Virus record (IMG/VR): IMGVR_UViG_3300029593_000013
Origin: a virus
Direction: 5' to 3' (one strand)
Length of the DNA: 44,487 nt
This document shows positions 16,153-24,529 of the stretch, in pieces. The notes beneath the pieces are model-generated. The model saw nothing but the letters and a program-made list of their open reading frames with translations, searched no databases and was not told the origin of the DNA. Every line of letters begins with the position of its first letter. Within the stretch, counting starts at the first letter, position 1. The translations under genes were made by a program, and so were the position numbers.

Positions 16153-17646
16153 GTGCTGTTAAATAAGTTTGTAAGAAGCGACGGAACGGTGATTGATTCC
16201 GCCTCCATCATCTCCTGCAAGTGGACCTCCGGGGTAAACAGCTCCACGAACCTGACCGTCGGCGATACGACAGCGGATTCCGTGGATGTGCAAATCCGGA
16301 ACCCTGAAAAGGGAATTGTCACCGGGGAGGCCCTGGAATATTACAAGGTGGACGGCAATACGGAAAAAAAAGTCGGTGTGTTTTATGCCGAAGCCCCGAC
16401 CGTAGCCTCCAAAGTGTCCATCCGGTTTACCGCCTATGACAGCATCGCCAAGCTGGGCGTGGATGCGTCCCCATGGCTCATGGAGAATCAGGATAATTTC
16501 CCAATGAGCCTTCGGGCCATCGTGGATGCCGTTTGTGACCTGTCGGGAATTACAGGAAAGCCCGGAACTTTTTCACATGAAGATTTACAGGTCCCTGCCT
16601 TTTATTCTGATGGCATTACAGCCCGGCAAATCGTCTCCTGGGCCGCTCAGATTGCCGGGTGCTTCTGCCGAAGCACTTCTACCGGCGGGATTGAATTTGC
16701 CTGGTACAAAGCCACGGAGACCGTCATAAGCGATTCCAAGGCCACCGGAACGATACAGTATATGCAGGACAGCTTGTCTTGCAAGCAGTATCAGACGGAC
16801 GTTATTCAGCGGGTGCAGCTGAAACAGGCGGATGATGACGTTGGCGTTATTTACCCGGCGGATGCAGACGGGAACGTGTTTGCAATATCCGGAAACCTTA
16901 TGCTGTCCATGCTTGATACGCCCACGCTGGAAGCAATCGCCCAGGACCTCTATACGAAGGTAAAGGATATATCCTATACCCCGGCAGAATGCAAACTGTT
17001 CCCGACCTGTGCGGTGAATGCCGGGGACATTATCAAAATTAACACCGTGCAGACAGGGGAATTGACGGTTTACGTCATGTCCGTCTACACAGATTCCTCC
17101 GGGACGCAGGTTTCCAGCACCGGAGACCAGAATTATTCCGACAAAGCTGCAGTGTCCTCCGAGAAGTACCAGAACCCGCAGGGCCGGTATTACCTCCTGA
17201 AAAAGTCCATTGACGGCCTGAAAGCTACGGCAAAGGACCTGGAAGGGAATATCTCCGAGATCGAGCAGACAGCCGAAAGGATCGCTACATCCGTTGCGGA
17301 CCAGGGCAATGCAATCACACGGTTGCAGCAGACCTCCAAAGAAATCAGCGCCACCGTGACCTCCATCGTGGAGAACGGCGTGGACAAAGTGACCACCTCC
17401 TTCGGCTTGACCATCGACGAATCCTACGTCCATATCCAGCGGTCCGGCTCGGAAATGGAAAATCGGCTGGATGAAACCGGTATGTATGTCATGCGAGGCA
17501 ACGAGATTATGCTCCAGGCAAACAAGGACGGCGTGATCGGCACGGATATGACCGTGCGGAATTACCTCATCATCGGCTCTCATGCCCGGTTTGAGGACTA
17601 CACAGACGATGACGGCGCAGCAGGGACCGCCTGCTTCTACATCTGA
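16153..17646 (+). CDS. tail-associated (Tal-position) protein / minor structural protein
   Basis: GTG start after AAAGGAGG. 497 aa with a coiled-coil C-terminal third. Confidence 0.7.
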   Translation: MLLNKFVRSDGTVIDSASIISCKWTSGVNSSTNLTVGDTTADSVDVQIRNPEKGIVTGEALEYYKVDGNTEKKVGVFYAEAPTVASKVSIRFTAYDSIAKLGVDASPWLMENQDNFPMSLRAIVDAVCDLSGITGKPGTFSHEDLQVPAFYSDGITARQIVSWAAQIAGCFCRSTSTGGIEFAWYKATETVISDSKATGTIQYMQDSLSCKQYQTDVIQRVQLKQADDDVGVIYPADADGNVFAISGNLMLSMLDTPTLEAIAQDLYTKVKDISYTPAECKLFPTCAVNAGDIIKINTVQTGELTVYVMSVYTDSSGTQVSSTGDQNYSDKAAVSSEKYQNPQGRYYLLKKSIDGLKATAKDLEGNISEIEQTAERIATSVADQGNAITRLQQTSKEISATVTSIVENGVDKVTTSFGLTIDESYVHIQRSGSEMENRLDETGMYVMRGNEIMLQANKDGVIGTDMTVRNYLIIGSHARFEDYTDDDGAAGTACFYI

Positions 17647-17660
17647 GGGGAGGGTAAGAT

Positions 17661-19412
17661 ATGCCATCTTTTAACATTCCGTCCGGCGTGTCCAGCCTGT
17701 ACCTCATTGTAACCTATACCGTTGGGCAGTACGATGTTGTGGCCAATACGACCCCGGTATCTATCTCCCTGTCCCTGCACCATGCGGGGCTTTCCGTTGG
17801 AGCCGGTACGGATGACTGCTCGCTTACCATCGGAAGCGAGACCTACAAATGGACCGGCCCGGACATCTATTCCAGCGGCGGGACCGTCTCCCTGGGATCC
17901 AACAAGTTTACCGTCCCACATAATGCGGACGGCACCTGGACCGGCAAGATCGGGGCCAGTTATCGGCTGAACATCAACTACGGCGGGACGTATATTGGCA
18001 CCATTTCCGGCGACCAGACCATCACGCTGCCCACCATCCCAAGAGCATCCAAGGTGTCGGCCACGGATGCCAATATCGGCAGCGTCAGCTCCATCTACAT
18101 CGACTCCAAGAGCAGCGCCTTTTCCCACGGCCTGCTGGTAACATTCGGGAGCCTGAATTTTTACCTGGACGGCAACGGCAACCCATCCAGCAGCTACGTC
18201 ACCTTTATGCAGCGCACGGTTCCGTTCCGGCTGCCGGATAGCTTTTATGCGCAGATACCCAATTCGGCCACCGGCGAGGTGACGCTGACCCTCTGGACCC
18301 ACACGGACAAGGACCACTACTTTGACCCAGAGACCACAACGTTCACGGCGACGGCTGCGGCGGCGCTCTGTGCGCCGACTGTAAACGCTACCTGCCAGGA
18401 TGCCAACGAGAAAACCCTTGCGCTGACTGGCAACGCTGACGCTCTGGTGCGGTATGCCTCCACGGCATCCGGGAGCCTGAGCGTTGCAGCCCGGAACAGC
18501 GCCAGCATCAAGCGTATCACGGTAGCCGGTAGGGAGGTCCCGCTGAACGCCACATCCTACTCCATCACCAACGTGGAGACCAACAAGGTGACGGTCACGG
18601 CCACGGACAGCCGAGGTTACAGCACTACCCAGACCATCGAAAAGACGCTGGTCCCCTATGTCCAGCTGACCTGTAACATCCTTCGGGCAAACCGGCCCGT
18701 GCCGTCCTCCAACGAGGCGCAAATTGAGATTGCAGGGCAGTATTTCGCCGGGAACTTCGGGGCAGCGGACAACACCCTGACTCTGAAATATCAGAATCCC
18801 TCCGGGGACTGGGTGGCGGTAACGCCTACCATCGACACGAAAAAAAACACCTACACGGCGAGTATCACCGTGCCTGATCTGGACTACCGGCAGGCGTTCA
18901 GCATCCCGGTACAGGCAGAGGACAAACTGTTCACGGCAACCAATACGGCCCAGATAATGGCCGGTGTGCCGTCCTTTTACTGGACAAAAGAGTTTTTCCA
19001 GCTGAACGTCCCGCTGCGGCTGAACGGTGAAAACATCCTGAGCAAGGTCTACCCGGTAGGAAGCATCTATATGTCCCTATCCTCTACGGACCCGAAGACC
19101 CTGTTTGGCGGAACCTGGGAGCGGCTGAAAGACCGGTTTTTGCTGGCGGCTGGGGATCGTTATTCCGCCGGGGCGACCGGCGGCGAAGCCACCCACACGC
19201 TGACAAAAGACGAAATGCCCAGTCATAACCACTACGCCGCCATTAACGGCGGTACGGACAGCTACGGACAAAACCGGACAACCATCGGCAGCTTTGCCAA
19301 TAAAGCACAGGGCTACTCCGATAGTTCTACGATTTTCGCTACCGGAGGCGGGAACGCTCACAACAATATGCCGCCATATTTGGCGGTTTATATGTGGAAA
19401 CGAACGGAATAA
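17661..19412 (+). CDS. receptor-binding / tail fibre protein with a C-terminal phage-tail-collar-type domain
   Basis: C-terminus ...GGEATHTLTKDEMPSHNH...GGGNAHNNMPPYLAVYMWKRT matches the tail-collar (MdpB-like) signature. The N-terminus resembles a DUF859-type siphovirus protein. Confidence 0.8.
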   Translation: MPSFNIPSGVSSLYLIVTYTVGQYDVVANTTPVSISLSLHHAGLSVGAGTDDCSLTIGSETYKWTGPDIYSSGGTVSLGSNKFTVPHNADGTWTGKIGASYRLNINYGGTYIGTISGDQTITLPTIPRASKVSATDANIGSVSSIYIDSKSSAFSHGLLVTFGSLNFYLDGNGNPSSSYVTFMQRTVPFRLPDSFYAQIPNSATGEVTLTLWTHTDKDHYFDPETTTFTATAAAALCAPTVNATCQDANEKTLALTGNADALVRYASTASGSLSVAARNSASIKRITVAGREVPLNATSYSITNVETNKVTVTATDSRGYSTTQTIEKTLVPYVQLTCNILRANRPVPSSNEAQIEIAGQYFAGNFGAADNTLTLKYQNPSGDWVAVTPTIDTKKNTYTASITVPDLDYRQAFSIPVQAEDKLFTATNTAQIMAGVPSFYWTKEFFQLNVPLRLNGENILSKVYPVGSIYMSLSSTDPKTLFGGTWERLKDRFLLAAGDRYSAGATGGEATHTLTKDEMPSHNHYAAINGGTDSYGQNRTTIGSFANKAQGYSDSSTIFATGGGNAHNNMPPYLAVYMWKRTE

Positions 19413-19436
19413 CAAACTTTAAGGAGGTAAAACAAT

Positions 19437-20366
19437 ATGGATAGAATCTTTGGCATCGACGTATCGGATTGGCAGGGTGACATCGATTGGGCGAAGGCCA
19501 AGGCCGCAGGCGTGAAATTTGCACTGCTGAAATGTGGCTACGGCATGGACCAGACCGATCAGGACGACGCTTGCTTTGTGCGGAACGCCAGCGAGTGTGA
19601 ACGCCTGGGCATCCCCTACGGCGTGTACCTTTACAGCTACGCCAACACCATGGAGAAGGCCAAGAGTGAGGCGGCGCACGTCCTCCGGATGCTCAAGGGG
19701 CGGAAGCCCCAGTACCCGGTGTATCTGGACCTGGAAGACCAGATCACCCTCTCCGCAAGCAAGGAACAGATTCTGGCCCAGGTGAAGGCCTGGTGCGAGA
19801 TCATCGAGGCAACCGGTTACAAGGCGGGCATCTACGCAAACCTGTACTGGTGGGACACCTATCTCACCGACCCCTGGTATGATACCAAGGAGCGCTGGGT
19901 GGCCCAGTATTACAGCAAGTGCGAGTATGCCAAGGACTACGGCATTTGGCAGTACACCAGCAGGGGAAGCGTGGCCGGTGTGAACGGGAACGTTGACTGC
20001 GACTGGTGCTACAAGGACTACCTGTCCACGGAGCCGGAAGTGCCGGATAGCCAGCCGGAGGCCCCCAGCGAGACCGTCTACGTCGTGAAATACGGCGACA
20101 CCCTAAGCGGTATTGCCAATGAGTACGGCACGACCTACCAGACCCTGGCGGCTTACAACGGCATTGCAAATCCCAACCTCATCCATGTGGGAGACAAAAT
20201 CCGCATCCCCGGAACCGCCGAAGCCCCTGCAAAGTCCATCGAGGACCTGGCCCGTGAGGTCATCCGGGGCGAGTGGGGCAATGGGGACGAGCGGGAAAAG
20301 CGTCTCACTGCTGCCGGATATGACTACGATGCCGTGCAGACCAGGGTAAACACCCTGCTTGGCTGA
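19437..20366 (+). CDS. endolysin: GH25 muramidase + LysM + CW_7 (Cpl-7-like) repeat
   Basis: N-terminus [33 protein letters not shown] (GH25). [29 protein letters not shown]...GDKIRIP (LysM). [35 protein letters not shown] (CW_7). Confidence 0.9.
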   Translation: MDRIFGIDVSDWQGDIDWAKAKAAGVKFALLKCGYGMDQTDQDDACFVRNASECERLGIPYGVYLYSYANTMEKAKSEAAHVLRMLKGRKPQYPVYLDLEDQITLSASKEQILAQVKAWCEIIEATGYKAGIYANLYWWDTYLTDPWYDTKERWVAQYYSKCEYAKDYGIWQYTSRGSVAGVNGNVDCDWCYKDYLSTEPEVPDSQPEAPSETVYVVKYGDTLSGIANEYGTTYQTLAAYNGIANPNLIHVGDKIRIPGTAEAPAKSIEDLAREVIRGEWGNGDEREKRLTAAGYDYDAVQTRVNTLLG

Positions 20367-20403
20367 TGTGCCCAAATTGGGCACAGGAAGAAAGGAGGCC
20401 CTT

Positions 20404-21387
20404 ATGAATATCCGTGACCATCCCTTTTTGTGGCAGTGGGACCGCAACCGGGCGCTTGCCATCAACGAGCCGGGGGCGCTCTATGCAGACTTCGACCGTC
20501 CGGGGGAAACCCCGGACAGGCGGAAAGTTGTGGACGGCATTGCCGAGATCAGCGACACCTGGCTACAAAAGGCAGGGGCGAAAAACGTCTACATCTGTAT
20601 CCAGGGCGGAACTCTTATCGGGTACACGCTGCTGGTCCTGCCCCGGCCGAAGCCGCCGGACTACGCTGCGGAGCCGGATAAGGTATGGTCCTATGATGAC
20701 TTGCAGCGGGTCCTTGAGGCAAAAATCCAGGCGGTTCAGGACGACCTGAACGCCGCCAAGGAAAAAAGTGCGGCAGACATTGCGGCGATGGATAAGGCCC
20801 TGGCGGCGCAGAAGTTGGAGACTGAGGCTGCCTACGCCTCTCTGACGGCCTCGCTGACTGCACAGACGGACCGGGTAGAGCCGCTGAAAGAAGCCGTCGA
20901 AGAAGAACTGGCGAAGAAGCCGGACACTACCCTGAGCATTGCGGGTGAGGCTGCGGATGCCAAAGCCGCCGGTGATGCCATGAACCAACTGGCCGATACC
21001 TGTAAGCTGATCGCTGACCAACTGGCCTACTCAGACCTGCGGGCCTTTGAGGATTTGACGGCCTGCGGTGTTATCACCCCGGCGGCGGACAGAAGCAACT
21101 TTACCGAGCCTGCGGCATCCACCGGCTATGCACGGGCGCAAATCGGGACCATCAACTCCAGTAAGTCCGGCCAGGTGGCTAACGACGAGATCATCTTCTG
21201 CTTTGAGGCCACAGCTGCCGTAGGCCAGCTGACCTATCTGGGCCTGTTTGATACCAAGACCGGCGGCAAGCCCTTTTTTACGGCGGAGCTGACCAGCCCC
21301 ATCTCCGTAGCCGCAAACACGGTCCCGCTCATCCGCCGGAATCAGCTAGTGGTGGCTCTGGACAAGGACGCAATCGAGGCGTATTAA
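20404..21387 (+). CDS. hypothetical protein with a central coiled coil (327 aa), possibly fibre-like
   Basis: AAAGGAGG RBS. Central Ala/Glu/Lys heptad-like region. The C-terminal domain ...YARAQIG...LGLFDTKTGGKPFFTAEL... resembles phage fibre C-terminal domains (recollection only). Confidence 0.7.
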   Translation: MNIRDHPFLWQWDRNRALAINEPGALYADFDRPGETPDRRKVVDGIAEISDTWLQKAGAKNVYICIQGGTLIGYTLLVLPRPKPPDYAAEPDKVWSYDDLQRVLEAKIQAVQDDLNAAKEKSAADIAAMDKALAAQKLETEAAYASLTASLTAQTDRVEPLKEAVEEELAKKPDTTLSIAGEAADAKAAGDAMNQLADTCKLIADQLAYSDLRAFEDLTACGVITPAADRSNFTEPAASTGYARAQIGTINSSKSGQVANDEIIFCFEATAAVGQLTYLGLFDTKTGGKPFFTAELTSPISVAANTVPLIRRNQLVVALDKDAIEAY

Positions 21388-21409
21388 AAACAAGGGAGGA
21401 CCGGGCCAA

Positions 21410-21715
21410 ATGCCTATCAAAATCGCCGAAATGGCGCTTACCGTGCTGGTGGCAATCATCGGCTCCACCGGACTGTGGAATTTTATCTCCACCCGGCGGG
21501 AAAAGCACGACGCAAAGACCAAGCTGCTTGTGGGCCTCGCTCACGACCGTATCGTCTATCTGGGCATGAAGTACATCGAGCGGGGATATATCACCCGTGA
21601 CGAGTATGAAAACCTGAACGATTACCTGTATGTGCCGTATTCCGCCGCTGGCGGCAACGGCTCCGCAAAACGTGTGATGGAGGAGGTCAAACGCCTGCCT
21701 CTGCACAATATTTAA
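21410..21715 (+). CDS. membrane protein with an N-terminal TM helix (lysis-cassette associated)
   Basis: GGGAGGA RBS. TM segment MALTVLVAIIGSTGLWNFI. Confidence 0.7.
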   Translation: MPIKIAEMALTVLVAIIGSTGLWNFISTRREKHDAKTKLLVGLAHDRIVYLGMKYIERGYITRDEYENLNDYLYVPYSAAGGNGSAKRVMEEVKRLPLHNI

Positions 21716-21745
21716 TTACAAAATCATTACAAGGAGGAAACAACT

Positions 21746-21958
21746 ATGAAACTGTCGAACCGTGTGTATGACATCCTCAAGTGGATTGCCACCATCCTGC
21801 TGCCCGGCCTGGGCACTCTGTACTTTGCCCTCTGCTCTATCTGGGGCTTCCCCTATGGGGAGCAGGTGGTAGGTACTATCACCGCCGTGGACACCTTCCT
21901 GGGCGTTCTGCTGGGTATCTCCAGCGCCACATATAACAAGGAGGTCGGCAAGGGTTAA
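21746..21958 (+). CDS. holin (Dp-1-family-like, two TM segments)
   Basis: MKLSNRVYDILKWIATILLPGLGTLYFALCSIWGFPYGEQVVGTITAVDTFLGVLLGISS. AAGGAGG RBS. Confidence 0.75.
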   Translation: MKLSNRVYDILKWIATILLPGLGTLYFALCSIWGFPYGEQVVGTITAVDTFLGVLLGISSATYNKEVGKG

Positions 21959-22195
21959 ATGGACTCCGTCCCGTGGAACCGGGTGATTTTAGAGGAATTT
22001 ATCTCCCTGGCGATCCTCACGCCGGAGGACGAAAAAATACTCCGCACCCGTGCCGCAGGATGGAGCCAAATCAGGCAGTGCCACGCCTGTAATATGTCCC
22101 TTGCTACCTTAAACCGGAGAATCCGAAAGTTGAAAAAAGAGTATGATTTCTGCAGGAAATACAGTAAACTGCTCCCGGAAAATCTGAAATTTTGA
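21959..22195 (+). CDS. small sigma-region-4/HTH-like regulator (78 aa)
   Basis: ILRTRAAGWSQIRQCHACNMSLATLNRRIRKLKKE is HTH-like. Confidence 0.6.
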   Translation: MDSVPWNRVILEEFISLAILTPEDEKILRTRAAGWSQIRQCHACNMSLATLNRRIRKLKKEYDFCRKYSKLLPENLKF

Positions 22196-22218
22196 CTTGC
22201 GGTGAGAAGAAAACGAGA

Positions 22219-22260
22219 AAAACCCGACTTGCAGACGATAATCTGCGGGCCGGGTTTTTT
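22219..22260 (+). terminator. rho-independent terminator closing the late/lysis operon
   Basis: aaaaacccgacttgcaga...tctgcgggccgggtttttt. Confidence 0.75.
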
Positions 22261-22289
22261 GCTATATTATAGCCACCAGGTGGCCACCT
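22260..22289 (+). promoter_or_regulatory. extended -10 promoter (TGcTATATT) followed by the interlocked palindromes CCACC-A-GGTGG-CCACC
   Basis: tgctatattatagccaccaggtggccacct read directly. CCACCAGGTGG (22273-83) and AGGTGGCCACCT (22278-89) overlap. Confidence 0.45.
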
Positions 22290-22317
22290 GAAAATCAATT
22301 TAAGGAGGACCGTAAAA

Positions 22318-22935
22318 ATGGTTGACGTTGAGAAGGAGTACGCAAGTAAAGGCGTGGCCGGTGCAGGCCTTGGAACAGGTATCGCCGGTTTGTCCCTCGG
22401 TGTGCTGAATGCCATGGGCGGGCTTGGAGCGCTTGCGCTTGGAAACCGCAATCCTGCCCATCCGATGCCCTACGGTGCCGTCGGTTATGCCGGTGCCGGT
22501 GTGTGCAGCGAGAATATGCCGGTGAGCCGGTATGAGCTGGACCGGGAGCAGAAACTTGCAGCCAAGGACAGCGAGATCGCCATGCTGAAGGCGAACACCT
22601 ACAATGACCAGAAGACCCTGGAGATGTACGCATACATCGACGGTCAGCTGAAGGACATCCGCAAGACGCTGTGCGATCAGGCTGTCCACAATCAGCGCAC
22701 GGAGGACAGCTTCGTCCTGGTCCGTCAGGATGTTGCATCCGTCAAGTCTGAGCTGTCCAAGGACATCAAGATTGAGGCGGAGCGCCGGTGCTGCGGGGAC
22801 AACTCTATCGTTACCTACGCAAACGCCACGTTCTACCCCAAGATGGTTGCAGACGTAACCACCGGGACCGGGACTACGGCGCAGACGCTGTACAATCCGC
22901 TGCCCAAGTGCGGCTGCGACTGCTGCGGCAATTGA
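22318..22935 (+). CDS. hypothetical membrane protein: Gly-zipper N-terminus, coiled coil, Cys-rich C-terminus
   Basis: TAAGGAGGA RBS. GVAGAGLGTGIAGLSLGVLNAMGGLGALALG at the N-terminus and ...ERRCCGD...PKCGCDCCGN at the C-terminus. Confidence 0.75.
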   Translation: MVDVEKEYASKGVAGAGLGTGIAGLSLGVLNAMGGLGALALGNRNPAHPMPYGAVGYAGAGVCSENMPVSRYELDREQKLAAKDSEIAMLKANTYNDQKTLEMYAYIDGQLKDIRKTLCDQAVHNQRTEDSFVLVRQDVASVKSELSKDIKIEAERRCCGDNSIVTYANATFYPKMVADVTTGTGTTAQTLYNPLPKCGCDCCGN

Positions 22936-23002
22936 TTCCACGGGGACAAAGGGGGCGGCAAGTGCCGCCCCTGTGCCCGATTGAACAGAGGAGGATGAGC
23001 CA

Positions 23003-23347
23003 ATGGTATCTATCGAGAATGTACAATCCGGGATAGCAAAATTTATCGACCGGGACATTGCACCAAGCCTGACCGGGTGGGACCGTGTCCTGATTGCCGG
23101 AGCAGGAGGGCTTTTATCCGCCAATCTGCCCAATATCCTTGCGCAGTATGCGGAGCATCCCGTTGTAAAGGCCCTGGGCGTGTACGACCGTGAAAACAAC
23201 GCCGTAGACATTGATGCCCTATACAATGCCGCAAAGCCGTATTTGGGGGAGCCAATCCCGCTTGAAATCCCCATGCTGAAAATCAAGATTAAAATCGGGA
23301 AAAAAGAACTGGATGCGATCTATGCCTACATAAAGGAGGGCGTTTAA
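23003..23347 (+). CDS. hypothetical protein (114 aa)
   Basis: GAGGAGGA RBS, clean ORF. Confidence 0.7.
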   Translation: MVSIENVQSGIAKFIDRDIAPSLTGWDRVLIAGAGGLLSANLPNILAQYAEHPVVKALGVYDRENNAVDIDALYNAAKPYLGEPIPLEIPMLKIKIKIGKKELDAIYAYIKEGV

Positions 23348-23350
23348 CAT

Positions 23351-23659
23351 ATGACGGAGATTAAACTGCTCATGGAGCACGTTGCGGACGAACTGAAGGA
23401 TGCCCACACCTACGCCAAGTTGGCCCTGGAATACAAAGCCAGCGATCCGGAAATGGCCGAACTGTTTTACAAACTGTCCGGCGAGGAGATGAACCACATG
23501 AACCTCCTGCACAAGGATGTCGTGCGGCACATTGAGGCGTACAAGCGGCAAAAAGGGGAGCCGCCCGAAGGGATGAAGGCCCTCTACGAATACCTCCACA
23601 AGCGGGCAATCGGCGACGCAGAAGAAGTCGGGGTCCTGCAAGGGATGTACAAAAAGTAA
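23351..23659 (+). CDS. hypothetical helical protein, ferritin-like (ExxH) appearance
   Basis: AAGGAGGG RBS. Motif SGEEMNHMNLLH. Confidence 0.65.
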   Translation: MTEIKLLMEHVADELKDAHTYAKLALEYKASDPEMAELFYKLSGEEMNHMNLLHKDVVRHIEAYKRQKGEPPEGMKALYEYLHKRAIGDAEEVGVLQGMYKK

Positions 23660-23664
23660 AGAAT

Positions 23665-23693
23665 AAGGGCCGCTCCATACGGAACGGCCCCTT
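23665..23693. terminator. bidirectional hairpin terminator between convergent genes
   Basis: aagggccgctccatacggaacggcccctt flanked by A-rich and T-rich tracts. Confidence 0.65.
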
Positions 23694-23758
23694 ACTCTTT
23701 GGTAACTACCAAAATTACTGTTTCAATCCACACGCACGGGCTGTGCGTGACGCTTTAT

Positions 23759-24115
23759 TTAACCACTGATTTGCAACTTCAAGAGGCCGACCGCCTGTTG
23801 AAGAAGCATCTTCCAGCAGAGGGGGCAAGGACGGGTCCCCATGCACCAGGATTCCACCGTCCGGATCGGAATCAGAAACCGCTCTGCGAATCCGGCCTGA
23901 GAAAGCCCGGTGAAAGAGACGATTTCCTTCATCCCCCGGTTTACGGCGGCGTAGATGTCGCTCAGCTCACGGATTCGCTCTGCCGGAATCGGAACATCCT
24001 CTCCGCCGAATCCCTTTCCCCAAATCGTGGAAGTCGCTACGTCCGACAGGTAGGAATCGACATCATGGTATTTCGCAGCCTCGGTGGCGGCAAAATTATA
24101 CTGCTCCCTGGTCAT
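23759..24115 (-). CDS. protein with a C-terminal XRE/antitoxin-type HTH (118 aa)
   Basis: C-terminus LSQAGFAERFLIPIRTVESWCMGTRPCPLCWKMLL. AGAGGA RBS. Start overlaps the upstream stop. Confidence 0.75.
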   Translation of the reverse strand: MTREQYNFAATEAAKYHDVDSYLSDVATSTIWGKGFGGEDVPIPAERIRELSDIYAAVNRGMKEIVSFTGLSQAGFAERFLIPIRTVESWCMGTRPCPLCWKMLLQQAVGLLKLQISG

Positions 24116-24423
24116 TGCTTGTCCTCTATGGAATACATCGTCTGGTGGATTGCCAAGCTCAGCTGTCCCTGCTGCTCCAAGTTTAGGGGCTTTTCAAACC
24201 ATTCTTTGACGGTCTCCTGGTCGAAAAGGCACCAGAAGTCCATCAACTCCTTGTCCAGCTTCGCCGTCACAACGCCTCGACGGTGGGCCTCGGTGGTGTA
24301 TGCTGTAATCATGTGCAAGGGCAGCGTCATCACGTTGCGGTTGTCAGCGAGGTTGTCCTTGCCGAGGGCCTTGCGAAGCAGCGCATAAATGCGTCCGCAG
24401 GCCTTGATTTGCTCAGTTGTCAT
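24112..24423 (-). CDS. hypothetical protein (103 aa), first gene of a leftward 2-gene cassette
   Basis: ATG at 24423, 8 nt after AAGGAGGG (internal start of ORF 24112..24513). Confidence 0.7.
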   Translation of the reverse strand: MTTEQIKACGRIYALLRKALGKDNLADNRNVMTLPLHMITAYTTEAHRRGVVTAKLDKELMDFWCLFDQETVKEWFEKPLNLEQQGQLSLAIHQTMYSIEDKQ

Positions 24424-24460
24424 TGTTTTTGCCCTCCTTGGCTCTTCGCTTTGTGTTGAT

Positions 24461-24489
24461 ATAATACCACACTGAGTGTGGTATGTCAA
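24461..24489 (-). promoter_or_regulatory. sigma70-type promoter (TTGACA-17 nt-TATTAT) whose spacer is a perfect 9-bp inverted repeat
   Basis: Minus strand reads TTGACAtaccacactcagtgtggTATTAT. The palindrome ATACCACAC-tga-GTGTGGTAT lies at 24464-24484. Confidence 0.7.
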
Positions 24490-24529
24490 TGGGCAAATCG
24501 CAATTTTCCACAAAAAATATTCCCCGCCG

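Noticed and set aside
24464-24484. Palindrome ATACCACAC-tga-GTGTGGTAT downstream of int considered as the attP core
   Set aside because: The 3-nt (odd) spacer gives no central dinucleotide for a serine recombinase. The palindrome exactly fills the spacer of a consensus promoter, so an operator is the simpler reading. It is not fully excluded.
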